A stretch of DNA of 64,000 nt, from contig NC_082722.1 of the NCBI RefSeq assembly GCF_030144855.1, positions 20,088,001-20,152,000 on the forward strand, written 5' to 3'. The notes below the pieces were generated by a model. That model saw only the letters and a list, made by a program, of their open reading frames with translations, did not search any database and was not told the DNA's origin. Origin of the DNA: Hypanus sabinus (Eukaryota). Below are positions 25,190-38,700 of this stretch, in pieces; position 1 is the first letter of the stretch, and the number at the start of each line of letters is the position of its first letter. Both the position numbers and the translations under genes were made by a program.

Positions 25190-25310
25190 GAGATAAAATC
25201 CAGGGGAGTAAACCAGAAAGCAAATCCGGAGCGGAAGCTGAATGCGGCTGGAAGTTATTGAACATCCTTCCGATACCTCTTGCAGCCAAGCTGTTGCTAA
25301 ACGTATTGCT
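25190..25310 (+). mobile_element. Probable RTE-type LINE 5' fragment
   Basis: Homologous to the reverse complement of 47500-47600 (attgaacatccttccgata.ctc.tgcagccaag). Family assignment is inferred from proximity of that copy to an RTE RT fragment. Confidence 0.35.
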
Positions 25311-26129
25311 TCATAAGCTTTCCTTCGGAGTACACTTGTGAGCCAGACCGGGGCATTTTAACCAATGGAAATCTTAGTATCTCCATACCTTACGCCCTGG
25401 CTTGTGATAATAATCATGAGCCATTGTACTTCGAGACAAACAGATGACCACCACGAACCCCATAAGGTCAAAGTTAGACCCATGTGTTTTTATAGTTTAA
25501 GGCTTTCATTTTAATGATAAAAAATAGTGATTTTGAATTTCCCCCGTCCCCAGTCACTTGGGCTAACATTTGCATAGATCACATGTCCGTCCTGGCGTCT
25601 GATCTGGTGAATTATTTTAATTTTTCTGACGTTTAGTGTAGCATATGCGAGGCTATGCACAACTGACGCTAGTCCAGCCTATTGCAAAGAGGTAGTTCAG
25701 ACTTTTAGTGGCGAGTCTAATGCAATTACAATTCTATAAAGAGAAAATGAGTATGAAAACGTAAACATAAATGAGTAACATGCGGCATATCAACATTCTA
25801 ACACCAGTAAGTGATATTGCGATATATGTTATTTTAGAAAAGACCCGGAGTGTATTCCCTAGCGCTGAAAGTTCCTATGAACTTTTAAGATTCAAATTGA
25901 TTTTCAAGCACCATTAAAAACTATTCTACGAATAGGATGAGTTTCTCATCTCCCGTCATCTTTTTCCTTCCACAGTTATTTCCTTTTTCCTCCTTTCCCC
26001 AACAGTTTCCGCAGGGACAACTGACAGCGTTGTACTTCTCGGGCGCGACGGACCATTGAAGCAGCGTTGTGCGGTTCACTTTGTCATCGGTTCACATGCA
26101 CTCACAGACATGGTTCGTAATTGTTCATA

Positions 26130-27735
26130 ATAATCCTCTAACAATAGGTTTGTGAAGAGCAAGAGGATAAGACGTGAGGGAAAAGGAACAATCAAGTGTG
26201 CCGGTGCCAAAGTGTGTATTGAACCAGAGGAGAAAGCAGAGTTACTTAATGAGTACTTTGCTTTAGCATTCACTACTGGTATTATCTTGGCGATTGAAGG
26301 GATGACTTAGAGAAGAATGTAAAGGTTGAGCAAGTGGATATTAAGAAAGCCTTTGGAAAACGTCAAGTTAGATTAGTCACCCGGACCGGACAAGCTGTAC
26401 ACCAGGCTACTGTGGGAGGCGAGAGAGGCATAGTGCGATAAGAAATAGTCAGCATGGCTTTGTCAAAGGAAGGTTGTGCCTTACGAGCGTGATTGATTTT
26501 TCTGAGGATGTGCATAAACACATTGATGAAGGTAGAGTAGTAGATGTAGTGTTTATGGATTTTTAGCAAGGAACTTGACGAGGTACCGCATGCAAGAATG
26601 ATTGAGAAAGTGAGGAGGCATGGGATCCAAGAGGACATTGCTATGTGGATCCAGAACTGGCTTGTCCAGAGAAGGCAAGGAGCCGTTGAGGACGGATCAT
26701 ATTCTGCATAGAGATCGGTGACCTGTGGTGTGCTTCAGGAAATTATTTTGGGACCCCTACTCTTACAAATTTTTATAAATTACATCAATGAGTATTTGGA
26801 GGGATAGGTTGGTAAATTTTCTGATGACACCAAGGTTGGTGGTGTTGTGGATAGTGTGGAGGGCTGTTAGAGGTTACAGCGCAATATTGATAGGATGAAA
26901 AACTGTGCTGAGGAGTTGCAGATAGAGTGCAACCCAGAGAAGTGTGAGGTGGCACATTTTGGTAGGTCAAATGTGATGACAGAGTACAGTATTAATGGTA
27001 AGACTCTTGGCAGTGTGGAGGAGCAGAGGGACCTTGGGGTGCGAATCCATAGGACTCTCAACGCTGCTGTGCACGTTGACTCTGTGGTTAAGAAAGCTTG
27101 CGGTGCTTTGGCCTTCATCAATCATGGAACTGAGTATAGGAGCCGAAAGTTAATGTTGAGGCTATATCGCATCCTGTTCAGACCGCACTTGGAGTACTGT
27201 GCTCAGTAATGGTCACCTCACTGTGCAAAGGATGTGGAAACGATAGAAAAGGTGCAGAGAAGATTTACAAGAATGCTGCCTGGATTGGGGAGCATGCCTT
27301 ATGAGAATAGGTTGAGTTAAATCGGCATTTCTTATTTAGAGCGACGGAGGATGCGAGATGACCTGATAGAAGTGTATAAGATGATGAGAGACATTGATCG
27401 TGTGGATAGTTATAGGCTTTTTTTTTTCCCAGGGCAGAAATGACTAGCACGAGAGGGCATAGTTTTAAGGTGCTTGAAAGAAGGTACAGAGAGATGTCAG
27501 TGGTTTCATTGTTATGCAGAGAGTGGTGAGTGCGTGAAATGGCTGCCAGCGACGGTAGTGGAGGCAGAAACGATAGGTTCTCTAAAGAGACTCCTGGACA
27601 GATACATGGAACTAAGCAAAGTAGAGCGTTATGGGTAACCCTATGTAATTTCTTAGATAAGGATACGTCCGGCACAGCTTTCTGGACAGAATGGTCTGTA
27701 GTATGCTGTTGGTTTTCTATGATTCTATGTTTCTA
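26130..27735 (+). mobile_element. CR1 LINE 3' fragment
   Basis: RT motifs (KFSDDTKVGG, NPEKCEVAHFG, RPHLEYC) with stops; 3' UTR ending in TTCTATG repeats. Confidence 0.85.
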
Positions 27736-28718
27736 ATAGACCCCTCTCAGAAGCAAAATGAAAAGTTGTTTCACCTCCGGTTCTCCGCTCTGATTTGTTT
27801 CCTCAGAGATTGTTTTTATAACTAATGGATTAAAAAAATAGATTAGCTTTGAGGTAATGACGAGGCTGAGGACGGACACAAGTGCAGGACACAGGCGCGG
27901 AGGCAGAGTCTCGCAACATCAGCACCGTCGCGAAAGGGGAACCCGTATACAGGATGGTCTTTACACTGAGACAAGGTTTACGTCCAGTATCCAGCAAGTT
28001 ATGCGGAACTTTAACTAACAGTCCGATGGAATCAGGAAACAAGGTTTTCTCACTCTAGAATCGACCAATGAACTGACAAAGATGGATTTAACGCCTGAGT
28101 TTTGTCCTATGTTCACTAATAGGAACCAGGTGTTGTTGTAATTAGTGGAACTGGGATGATTGGAAATCAGACGAAGGGATTAAGTCCCAGTTAAGGAGGT
28201 AATAACCAGACGGGGACCATGACAACCTTATATAATAGTGGGAATGTCAGAAAAATTGAAGCTGCGCTTTGGATTGTAATCATATTTCTTTCCGAGAATT
28301 GAATTTCCTGACAGCAATTCAAAATAGTAAGGCGCACGTTCTGGCCATGTAATGTTATGTGCATGACCTTTCATGAATGTAGTGCATCTAGATTTTCATT
28401 GAAAGATTAGAGTGGTGGTAGCATAATATCAGTCATATAATATCTGAAAGGAAGGAAAATATAACATTGAGTTATATTTTCTTGAGTAAAATCGCAGCAG
28501 GAAATCACAACCTTAAAACCAGGTATTTGAAAATCATAGGTTCAAGGGAGAATCGGTTAACTTGAACGGAAATGTAAAATTATCCTGTTATTTATCATCA
28601 GTATTGTCGAATTGAATCCAATAATGCCTTGGACATCCTGATTCTCTCAGTATCATTTCTCGTTTCAATCTGTAGAGGTAATAAGTGGAAATGCTTGTCA
28701 AACCATTCATGTTGTTAC

Positions 28719-28826
28719 CACGTTTTGCCTTAACTCCGACTCTTATCAAAATTATAATCAGAATTACAATTGCCATTCCGCCCAATGCACTACCAAGAAT
28801 CAGGTGTTCAGTGCTGTTCTCTAGAT
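28719..28826 (-). pseudogene. Gene B TM exon DLENSTEHLILGSALGGMAIVILIIILIRVGVKAKRG
   Basis: 108 nt, phase 1-1, acceptor TTTTTGTTTACCAG, donor G|GTAACA; similar to the gene C TM exon. Confidence 0.82.
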
Positions 28827-29029
28827 CTGGTAAACAAAAAGACGAAACTGGATGACATATATAAATATATAGAGACCGTGAGACAAGAAAGTAGAGCATT
28901 TTAAAGAGTAATTCAGTCCTGAATATATAAAGATTGCAAGGGATGCAGTATATCATGTGCTTTCAGGTGATGTTGGGACGTATGGAGCGAACATATTATC
29001 GTACAGATTGGTTATTTACAGTGCAACAC

Positions 29030-29150
29030 AAACAAAATACTAGAGGAACTCAGCGGGCCAGGCAGCGTCTGTGGAAAAAAGTCTGCCGAGACCCTTCTGC
29101 AGGACCGGTGCTGCTGGCCTGCTGAGTACCTCCAGCATTTTGCGTGTGTT
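29030..29150. repeat. Head-to-head Penelope-terminus hairpin element
   Basis: Arms gaggaactcagcgggccaggcagc and gctgctggcctgctgagtacctc are inverted repeats. Confidence 0.7.
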
Positions 29151-31109
29151 GCTTGAAGCTATAGCCGCTAGAGATATTCTCTTGTTTGTGATTTGGTTCT
29201 TTATAGTGAGTATGGTTTATTTGGAATAAGAGGGAATTTCTTTTTACGATGTCTTTGCAAATTGTTTGACCACAGCTTCGAAATAAAATGGTTTGTGTTT
29301 CTAAAATATCGCTCGAAAGCTCTTTCAACAGATTCCATTAGCAAACAAGATGAAATGACATTTTAACTTCATAAGAATCACGAGATGTTTTGATAGAACA
29401 TTAAAAAAGCACAATCCGAAGCGTACAATGAGGAAAAGTGACCAGGTACTTGGTGAAACCCGGAGAGATCAACCAGCAAATATAGATTAAGTAATAAAAC
29501 AAAGACACTTGCAGAGAGAATTCCAATTTTAAGTGCAAACGTAACTAAGGGAGTATAACTGTGCAAATAGTTTAAAAAGAATGGAATACCGAACAATGAA
29601 TGTACTTTAATATCATTTATGAATATTTGAAACATAAATATTCTTTGACTATTTATAAAAGTGACCAACTTCAAAATTATGCTAGATCCTCTCTCACTTT
29701 CTCAACTGGTATGAGATATAATGATTTCAGTCTCGGATGTTTCCAATGAATACACAGGCCCAATATTAGGATGTTAAAATTAGAAAGATGTACCAACCTC
29801 TCAGTTAAGAAACTGTTGAGCACTGACTCTTATCATGACAAAGAATCTACCTCTGGGCGCAGGAAAGTGCCGCTTAATATTCTTAGCCAGAATCAGTTGG
29901 ATCGTACTCTCAACTCGCAGTGCCTTTTGAACAACCTTACTAAATTTGTCTTGTTATCACGCTGATATAACCGTGAAAAGGTAATATTCACATCATTCCT
30001 GATCTGCTAATTACATATTCTATTTCTTGCCTGAGAATTGTGCAAATATACCATATGTCCTTTACACACAATTTACCAAAATAAAACATATTTTCAAATT
30101 TACCAAGGTAAAACATACTTGCATTAACGGCACTTTGTGCACTACTATGATATTCTGGTGTTGCTGCAAATTATTTTCTGCTGCTTATCTACTTAATACT
30201 GTTTTTTTTTAAAATTACTGTCTTGTTTTAATTTCCCACTTTATTTAATTGCCTGAGAGGAAGTTAAACAGAGTTTCATTGTACCTATGTATAATGGCAA
30301 TAAAGATCATTCAATTCAATTCACGATTTTTCAAATCATTTATCCAAGGTTATTATATACGCAATTCTTCTCCATTTTCTGCTTGTATATCTTGACTTAT
30401 ATCTAACAAATGCCTGAAGATCAACAGTAAGGTGAACGAAGGAAAGTGATTGACTTTTGACAAACGTATGCAATAGTCAATTGGATAGAGAGCAATGGAA
30501 CTGAATTGCATTAGATGTATTATCACATTCATGTCACTTGCCTTCTGTTGCACTAATATAACGTGATGCCTGTTATAAAGAGATATTTCGTCCACGCCAT
30601 TTACTGGTGAAACTTCCGGCAGAGAGAAAGAAAAAAAATCGCAATCTGCTGGAAACTGGAGCTGAGGTGGACTAACAGGGAAATAAATTGAATTGCATTG
30701 TACTCCAGAATACATGTCCATTTCATTACCACAGGTCGTTATTTCAGTAACTGTGCTGGAGAATATGTTTTATATTACCTCACCTTCTTTTGAAACCATT
30801 GCCAGAAAGAGATCAATTCCGTCATCCAAATCATTGATAATAACATGAAAAGAACTAGTTCCAACACCAACCCCTGCGGAACATTATTAGACAACCTGAA
30901 AATCATAATCCTGATGATATGTAGAACTTCACATAAGACTCAACTTTTCCTTACTTTTACCTCTTGAAAAAGTAATGATAAAATCTACTTAATCGTCCTT
31001 GTACGTCGACATCTATTTAAATACCTATTTTGGCATTTTCTGTTTTATTTTAATTTAATACTTTGTGCATTATATTGGAATGTTTGCGATGTAAAAGGCT
31101 GTTCATTAT

Positions 31110-33520
31110 TTCAGGAATTTCATAAGAACAATAAATAGGAGCAGCAGTAGGCCATCTGGCCCATCGAGACTATAAGATTATGGCCGATCTGACCCGGGAC
31201 TCATCTCTATCGACATGTCATTCCCCATAACGCTGAATTCTCCTGCTATGCAAAAGTACATCCAACTTCGTCTCAAGTATATTTAGTGACGTACCCTCCA
31301 CTACTTCATTAGGCAGAGACCTCACTACTCTTTGCGAAAAACAATTCCGCCTCATCTCCGTACTAAACATACTCTACCGAATCTTGACGCAATGTCCCCT
31401 ATTTCTATTCTCATTTTATCTATCCCTTCTATAATTGTATATGTTTCTAGAAGCTCTCTTCTCATCTTTCTGAATCCCAGCGAGTCCAATCCCATGTGAC
31501 TCAGTCTCATAGTCTAACCCGCCCATCTATGATATCAACCTGAAGAACCTCATCTGCACCACCTCCAAAGCCAGTAAATCGTTCGTCTAGTAAGGAAACA
31601 GAACTGCATGCAGTCTCCAGATGCAGCCTCACTATTGCTCTATCCATATTCAGCATAACTCCCTGAACTTAAATTCAGTCCCTCTAGCAATGAAGACCAG
31701 CATTCCATTTGCCTTCTTGATTGCTTGCTGCACCTCCGAACGAAACTTTTGCGATTCATGCAGAAACACTACCAAGGCCTTCTGCTCAGCAGCATGCTGC
31801 AATCTTTTACCATTTAAATAATAATCTGATGTTCCATGTTGCCTTCCAAAGTGGATAGCCTCGCATTTAACAATACTGTACTGCATCTGTCAGACCCTTT
31901 CTCCCTAATCTAACCTAGTCATTCCTTTGCAGACTCTCTGCATCCCATGCACAACTTGCATTTCCTCTCAATTTCGTGCCATCAGTAAATTGAGATACAC
32001 TGCATTCAACCCACTCTTCCAGATCGTTAATGTTAATTCTGAGCAGTTGAGATGATTGCCCATGGAGGAATACCCGTGTATCCCAGCTGTCTGCTTTGGA
32101 ATGGTTAACAAATTTTCTATTCGTGCTAAATCATCGCCGCAACACTTTGCATCCTTATCATATGGATAAATCTTTTATGTGGCACTTTATCGAGATTTTA
32201 GTTTGATTCCTTCCTTTATTTCCTTAGTCGTCCATGGCTGATTCTCCTCACCCATACTGTTCTTGCTTTTAGATGGAATATAGTTTTATTCAGCAACATG
32301 AAAAAAATCTCTTTGAAAGTTTTCTACTGTTCAACAGTCTCAACATAAGTCCATGTTCCCAGTCTACCCTATCCACTCCATTCCATTTGCGCCCTCCATT
32401 TGGAGAAAAAAATCAGTCATGCTGTGATCACTCTTGACAAGTGGATCCCTATATACAAGATGGTTAATTCCACTTGACTCAGCACAGAACCAGATCCAAG
32501 ATAGCATATTCCCTATCATGGATGCATTCTATGAAGTCCTCCTGAAGACTGTCTCGACCATCCTGATTCACCTAATCTATGTGCAAGTTAATGCCCCCCA
32601 CGAGGACTGCTGTGCTATTCTGACATGTCTTAGACATTGTTCTGCTTATTACCTCTGCCACTGTAGTGTTATTATTCGGTAGCCTATAAACAACTCCCGC
32701 GGGTGTGTTTTTATTCATTTTACTATTACTAATCTCTACACAGATGGAGTAAACAAGTTGCTCGTTAGATCTTATATCGTCTCCCAGTATTTCCATAATC
32801 TCATCCTTAATTGAGAACGCTACACTAGCTCCCTTACCTTCCTACCTATAGTTCCGTATTACGTGGTATCATTGGATATTTAATTCCCAATCATCTCCAC
32901 CCTGCAACCAGGTCTCTGTAATGAGCACTATATCATACCCGTTTATACTGATTTGTGCCACAAGTTCATTTGCCATGTTACGAATGCTACTGGCATCCAG
33001 ATACACTCACTGTTCCATTATAATCTAACAATCGTTGTCTCTTCTGTACGTTTGTACATGACCTTTCTGCACACCAGACTAGCTTTTCGCTTCTTTTAAA
33101 TTTTGCTTTCCCGTTAGCTCTATCCATACTTTTCTCCTTTACCTTATCTATACTCCTTCAATCTGTTGAACCCACCCCTTGCTATTTCGTTGAGAGCTCT
33201 ATCCATAACTCTTATAGGATTTGCCCGGATTCAGGTCCCATCACGGTTCAGGTAGAGCCCATCCCAATGGAACAGCTCCCTCCTTCCTCAATATTGGTGC
33301 CAGTTTCCCATGGAGCCAAACTGACTTTTCCCACACCTATCCTTGAGCCACGCATTTAGCCCTCTCATCTTCTTAACCCTGTGCCAATTTGTACGTGGCT
33401 CAGGTAGTCATCAAGAGATTACCATCTGCTTGGTTCTGCATTTAAATTTAGTCCCTTGCTGCTCAAATTCCCTCAGCAGACCCCCTTTCCTCTTTCTACG
33501 TATATCATTGATGTGCACAT
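31110..33520 (-). mobile_element. Old CR1 LINE, paralogous to 17760-19832
   Basis: Esterase end (DGLYLN...DRALN), EN (VYLDASSIRN, TETW), RT and 3' tail near 31120; same junction with unique DNA as the gene A copy. Confidence 0.8.
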
Positions 33521-33685
33521 TTCCTTGTAGGTGTAAGACTGTAAATAATTCAAAAACAGCACACACGTTAACTTTTCGTGGTTGCCAAAAACATTATAAT
33601 TCACATTTTCTTCCTTGTGTTTCTACAGACCTTCAGGCATATTCTCATTCCGATTGAAGCTTGCTTTAAATTCTTCCAGGCTTAC

Positions 33686-33814
33686 CTTGTTCGATAATAT
33701 AGCTAAAACTTTCAGGAATTTTGAGCCCTCGTGAGATACCAGAAAGGTGTCAACAACTTTGCCCTCAGCAGGCTGTGCATATTCCGAAGTACTGCAAACC
33801 TCATAAAATCCTTC
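33686..33814 (-). pseudogene. Gene B C1 exon remnant
   Basis: Aligns base for base with 16839-16967 of gene A. F-strand Cys TGC>TTT, 1-nt deletion, intact GT donor; the 5' half is replaced by a Penelope fragment. Confidence 0.88.
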
Positions 33815-33819
33815 ATAAA

Positions 33820-34260
33820 ATATGCCAGAATAAAAATGCGGTGAGAAGAAGGACAAATTAGGCGATAGTTGATGCCAAATGACTGTACTCTTGAGGTGGG
33901 GCGGGGGGTGGATGAAGTAAAAAACTGAGAGATAATGGCTGGGAAATGCAAAGAAATGGAGAATAAGGAATGTAGTCTGTAATGAGTGTAGACCCTGCGA
34001 GAAAAGAAGGAGGTGTGACCCCAATGGAAGGTAATAGACATGAGAGGAGAACCGAAAGGAAGGCGGGGGTAAGCAGAAGAGAACAGAAGGGGAACGGAAT
34101 CAATACAGGAAGGGAAAGTCGATGATCAGGCCACCAGGTTGTAGGCTACCAAGACTGAATATGAGGTATTGCTCCTCCACCCAGAAAGATGTCTCATGGT
34201 GACATAAATGGAGGCCGTGGCCCTGAATGGAGGTGATGAAGTGATAACTTCCAGTTTGTC
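33820..34260 (-). mobile_element. Penelope-like fragment, paralogous to 2755-3420
   Basis: tccattcagggccacg start and pyrimidine-rich UTR match the 2.8-kb copy, including the same unique flank. Confidence 0.72.
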
Positions 34261-34904
34261 TGCGTCTGTCCGGCAGCCATTTAAATTTACATTTCTTAAA
34301 TTCGAAACAAATTGGTCTTCACCTGTCTTAGCACAAGTTTGACAACACATCGAAGTCACTTAATTGGCTATGTGTCAGTCTAAAATCTAGTCCGGTTATT
34401 TTCACACAAAATGGACCCTTTTTCATAAAATTATAACTTCTTTGTTTCAGTGTACGATTTGGCATATATATCCAAGTATCTTTCATTATTTTCTATCTCA
34501 AATGAAAATAATCCTCAAACATTCTCCATGTATGCGCTCATGATGTAACCCTTCACGGTTGGAATACTGTCAGCAATCAATATGGTTAAACATTAAAAGT
34601 TTAAAACTCTATATTTTTTAATGTTTTGATGACACCTCACTCATTTCTCATCCCAGACTGCAGACGCCGTTGAAAGGAAACACGGACATTATAGAACAAC
34701 ATTTAGTTGAAAGTAAGAGCTTTGACGTCACTTGTTCAAATTTCCTCCACTGTCTGTAATCTAACGGTCGACGCTTAAAAAAAAACAGGTCTGCAAAGCG
34801 CTTTACTTTTGAGACGCAATTATTGCCCAAAATGGCTTTCAATGTTATCATCAGATGCGCGCTCGTTAGGGCTTTTCTATTCTCTGCAGTTTGTAACTTC
34901 CTAT

Positions 34905-35015
34905 TAAACTGTACGAGAAGTTTAAACTGTACGAGAAGTATTATACCCGTGTATATTACGGGTATAATATATACCCGTATTATAACGGGTATAATAATAC
35001 CTGTTATTATACCTG
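34905..35015. repeat. Short tandem duplication plus alternating inverted-repeat array
   Basis: (aaactgtacgagaagt)x2, then TATACCCGT/ACGGGTATA alternating four times (34940-34995). Confidence 0.85.
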
Positions 35016-35462
35016 CCTCTACCACGATTACCACTTTCACTGGCAGCTTCACTCAGGGATATTTTCTCCCGAGGGCGACATTTCTAAGTCCCTCTGGCAA
35101 AGCCTTAAAATTCTTTGCCCTAATGCCACATCTTTCTTGTTCAAAGAGGCGGGGGTCCTGTCAAGGTCGTGATCTGCATCTGCACTCAAACTCCGGTTTT
35201 CACGGCGGCGGCTTTCCACTCATGGAGCTCACTGAGTGCAGTAGTGTGTCCGATCTCTCCAGGAGCAGCGTGCAAGTCGGTTACCGTCGGGATACGGCCC
35301 CCTGGCCCTGCGAACGAACCGATTCCACGCCAGTGTCACTGAAGTTTCGCGGGAAATCTGAACATCGAGACAACTGTGTACGCTGTCTTAAAATTAAGCG
35401 CAGCTGATGACTGTAATAACGAAATAACGAGCTGCTGGTCTTCCTCTCGTTATGTGAGCAGG

Positions 35463-35464
<2 letters not shown>

Positions 35465-35510
<46 letters not shown>

Positions 35511-35512
35511 TC
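35465..35512. repeat. (TC)n microsatellite
   Basis: Direct reading of the sequence. Confidence 0.97.
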
Positions 35513-35869
35513 GTTATTGAGAGATATAACCTGTGGGATGTCGAACTGTTGGGGCGAGCAGTGCTTCATAATGGGATTTATATCGTGGTTTTGCCTGGGC
35601 GTTGCTGTTCCTTACATGATGGGCCTTGGGGGACGGAGTTGATAGTTTTTGCTGAGGCAGGTGAGCGGGGGGAGGGGATGATTGAAGTGTTTGCTGCTGC
35701 TTGAGCACGGATGTGTGAGGGTTGGGGTTCTAACGACTTTCTGTCATTTTTTGCTTTGGGCTTTCTTCAGTTTCATGAATGTTTACGTGGATTAAGTATT
35801 TCAGGTTGTGTACTGCATACATTTTCTGACATGAAAAGGAAACATTAAACCCAGCAAATCATAAACACA

Positions 35870-35985
35870 GGAAATTCTTGAGATGCTGAAGTCTGGTGTA
35901 ACCAACACAAAATGCTGAAGGATATATGTATGGAAATGAACAAACAGCCGCATTTTGGGTCGGGACCCTTCATCAGTCTCAGAGA
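35870..35985 (-). mobile_element. Penelope terminal-repeat fragment, paralogous to 1183-1380
   Basis: Minus strand reads gagaCTGATGAagggtcccgacccAAAAtgcggctg; flanking unique DNA aligns to 880-1180. Confidence 0.65.
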
Positions 35986-36276
35986 ATGGAAAACAACGTT
36001 TCCTCTTTTTTTACAGCTGCCTGGAGCAACCATTGCTCTGAGCACGAAGCTTGTACCATCAGGCCTGAAATAGGATTATGTACGGGCTGGCGGTTTATTA
36101 GTTATGAGCCACCCATGTGGATTCTGAGGTTATTGTAACAATTTGTCGCGGTGTTGTAACTTGAAACTCCGAGCGCGTAAATACGTTGAAACTCCAAAAT
36201 GCTTCACAGTAGATTTATTATTTATTACTTAGAGATTTTATGAATTGTATTGACAAACACATAATTAATTTATGGG

Positions 36277-36681
36277 AACCGTTTCACTCTCGTAAATCGA
36301 TTCTCCTCGATCGTTAACTCCCGAACTCCGATCTTCACTCTCCACTGATTTCTCAAACTAGCAGTATTACAAAGAACCTTCTGGCAATGACCTTTTAAAC
36401 TTTAGCCATTAGATAAAAACTTCATCCTTCAACTAAACTGCGTCATCACATTAAATCACGCAGTGGCATGAAGTCAACTTTGCAAATCCAGCCACGAACT
36501 GCCCCCCACCCCCACAGGGTGGAGCCTTCCTTTTATAACCAGTAAAAGAAACCTGTCACATGATCTCTACTGGCGGGAAAACGACGTCACTCCACCATCA
36601 CAAGACCATTACCTCGTCCAGCATAGCTTCAACCCCAGTCACGTGTCAGGTGTGCCACTGTCATGTCACGAGTATGTAACA
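36277..36681 (-). mobile_element. Diverged, truncated LTR of the Gmr1-like family
   Basis: Reverse complement matches roughly the first 400 nt of the 6614 LTR from TGTTACATACTCGTGAC to GTGAAACGG. Confidence 0.85.
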
Positions 36682-37939
36682 GTTAGAATGCACAACTGAA
36701 AAAAATGAAGGAATAAAAAAAAATAGTTTGCAAACAAAGCGAAGCTATACTCGATTAATGAGCAATTTCTTATTATTATCAATAATGATAGCAAAAATCA
36801 GCATTACTATTTAAAAATAACATGATCTAAATATGTTTTTTTTAAATACACATATAAATTGACTTTATCTTTGGCTTGATGTCAAAATGAGCCAGGATAA
36901 ATATCAGTGGTTCTGTGCTAATGTTTTTAATAATTTCAGCATAATGACACAATAATGCAACATTTTTGTGCGAATTTATTACTTCCATAGAAACCTGGTC
37001 CACTCTTTCATCAGCTCCTTTTTAACTTCTTTCCAATCCAAAACTGCGGATGTCAAGCATTTCCTACATTGCTAACAGCAATTCCGGTCTTTCTGAGTTA
37101 CCCCTCCTGTTCATGAAACTACCACTTCCGCACCTCAAACTCCTGTTGACAGCTTGCCTTGCAGAGCACTTAACCAGCCAGTCTGTAAGGAGAACTTCTG
37201 GCCCTGTGTTATTTCAGTGCTCTACCTCAGTACCTTTCTTATATTAGCCCAACAATTTTGCCGCTGGAACTCGGAAGCACAATCAAAGCTGTAAGACCAG
37301 CATCATCTAATAATGTCAAACAGTATTTTTGGACGGCTGAGTGTAGTTCTGCCGTAGCTATTTAATGCGCCTCTAGAACAATATTCCACAACGGTTTTTT
37401 TTTTTTGCTTTGAGCCTTTCTAACGTACCTTCATCCTTGGTACAACCCCTACAGCACCGTCATACTTGCCAACGGCCCGGTTCGGCACAATATTTTTCCC
37501 GGCGGCCCCACAGTGCAACATTTCTATCGTAAGCTAACAAGAGAAAAGTGATTCTGTTTTAAAATTTTATTTGACCTTAAATTTTGCTTCCACAGTACCT
37601 GCCAGCTGCACGGTAGCTTTAATATCAATGCAATCCTTGATTTTGATGTTTTTTCAGTAAAAGTTGAAATAACTGGTTGTGTCAGCAAACACCTTAAGTC
37701 ATCACGCGAAACAATGCCCAAGCGGTTTCTGTTTTTTCTTTGCGAGTACGTGTTTCTGGTAGAAGAATAGAAATGCAATGAAGAAGAGTATGCCTCTACT
37801 CCAAAGACTAGGAATCTTCGTATGACAGTGCAGCCACATACCACAAAGGCCGATATTTTTGAAAAGATATTTTGCATCTTGACCATTTTGAATTTTTCTT
37901 CGTTCAGGTTCTCTTCATATTCCTCCACCTTGCAAAATA

Positions 37940-38700
37940 AATCGGTTAATTAACACCCGGAATTTCCAGATTGTTCAATTCCTTGAATCGATTCTGAAAA
38001 TCCGTCTTCAGTGACTTCAGTTGTAAGCAGTATTATTACCAACCACCATCAGTAAACGAGTCTAGCACAGTTTCCATGCAGGAAAAATGTTTTGCTTATA
38101 TATTTCCAATTTGCCGATATAAGTAGATACAAAGCTTTATGCCTAGATTAATTTGAAATGTTCACCCTGCACTTTCTTGTTTAGAATGTTAATTTTGCCT
38201 TAAAGATCGGCAAGGCGTGTCAGATCACCAGGTAGAAATTCAATCATCATTCCCAAGCTCTTGCCGACATTGAACAATAATTCAACTACAGGGTCAAAAA
38301 GATCAAATAAATGTTTTAAACAGCAGCGTTTTGACAGCCAACGTACCTCAGTGTGAAAAAGGAAGCATTCAAAATCCTCGTCGTAATTTTGGCATTATTG
38401 ACAAAACCTTCTGCGATTTCATGGCTGGGTTTTAATTTTGTTGATAGCAGATATTACAAGAATCATGCTTGAAGAAAATTGCTGTCTGACGTTTTCCGCA
38501 ACGAGATGTTGATGATGAATTGCACAGTGAATTGTAAGCAGACTTGTAATTTGTTTTTCATAAGTGCCACGAAACTACCATGCCGATCTGTCATATTTGG
38601 TGCTCCATTTTTTGTACAAGAAATCATGTCCCTAATCAGAATAATTTATCATCAATATACATTTTGACAGTTCATAGATTATTCTCTGTTGCAGTTTGTT
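37940..38700 (-). mobile_element. hAT (Charlie/Buster-type) transposase remnant
   Basis: Frameshifted minus-strand translation gives CTKNGAPNMT, TIHCAIHHQHL and FLFHTEVRWLSK, motifs typical of this transposase group. Confidence 0.8.

Larger units (their letters stand above)
24675..33814 (-). pseudogene. Gene B: pseudogene paralog (3' half of C1, TM, ITIM tail; leader and V deleted)
   Basis: C1 remnant 33686-33814, TM exon 28719-28826 and tail exon 24675-24828 are in the correct order on the minus strand, with frameshift and nonsense lesions. Confidence 0.85.

Noticed and set aside
27860-28060. Plus-strand frame containing EPVYRMV as a possible tyrosine motif
   Set aside because: No supporting acceptor, not an ITIM consensus, and no TM exon upstream on that strand.
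36134-36276. Extension of the LTR fragment to a TGTAAC end with apparent TSD
   Set aside because: This stretch aligns to unique DNA at ~880-1010, so it is duplicated flank and the LTR is simply truncated.
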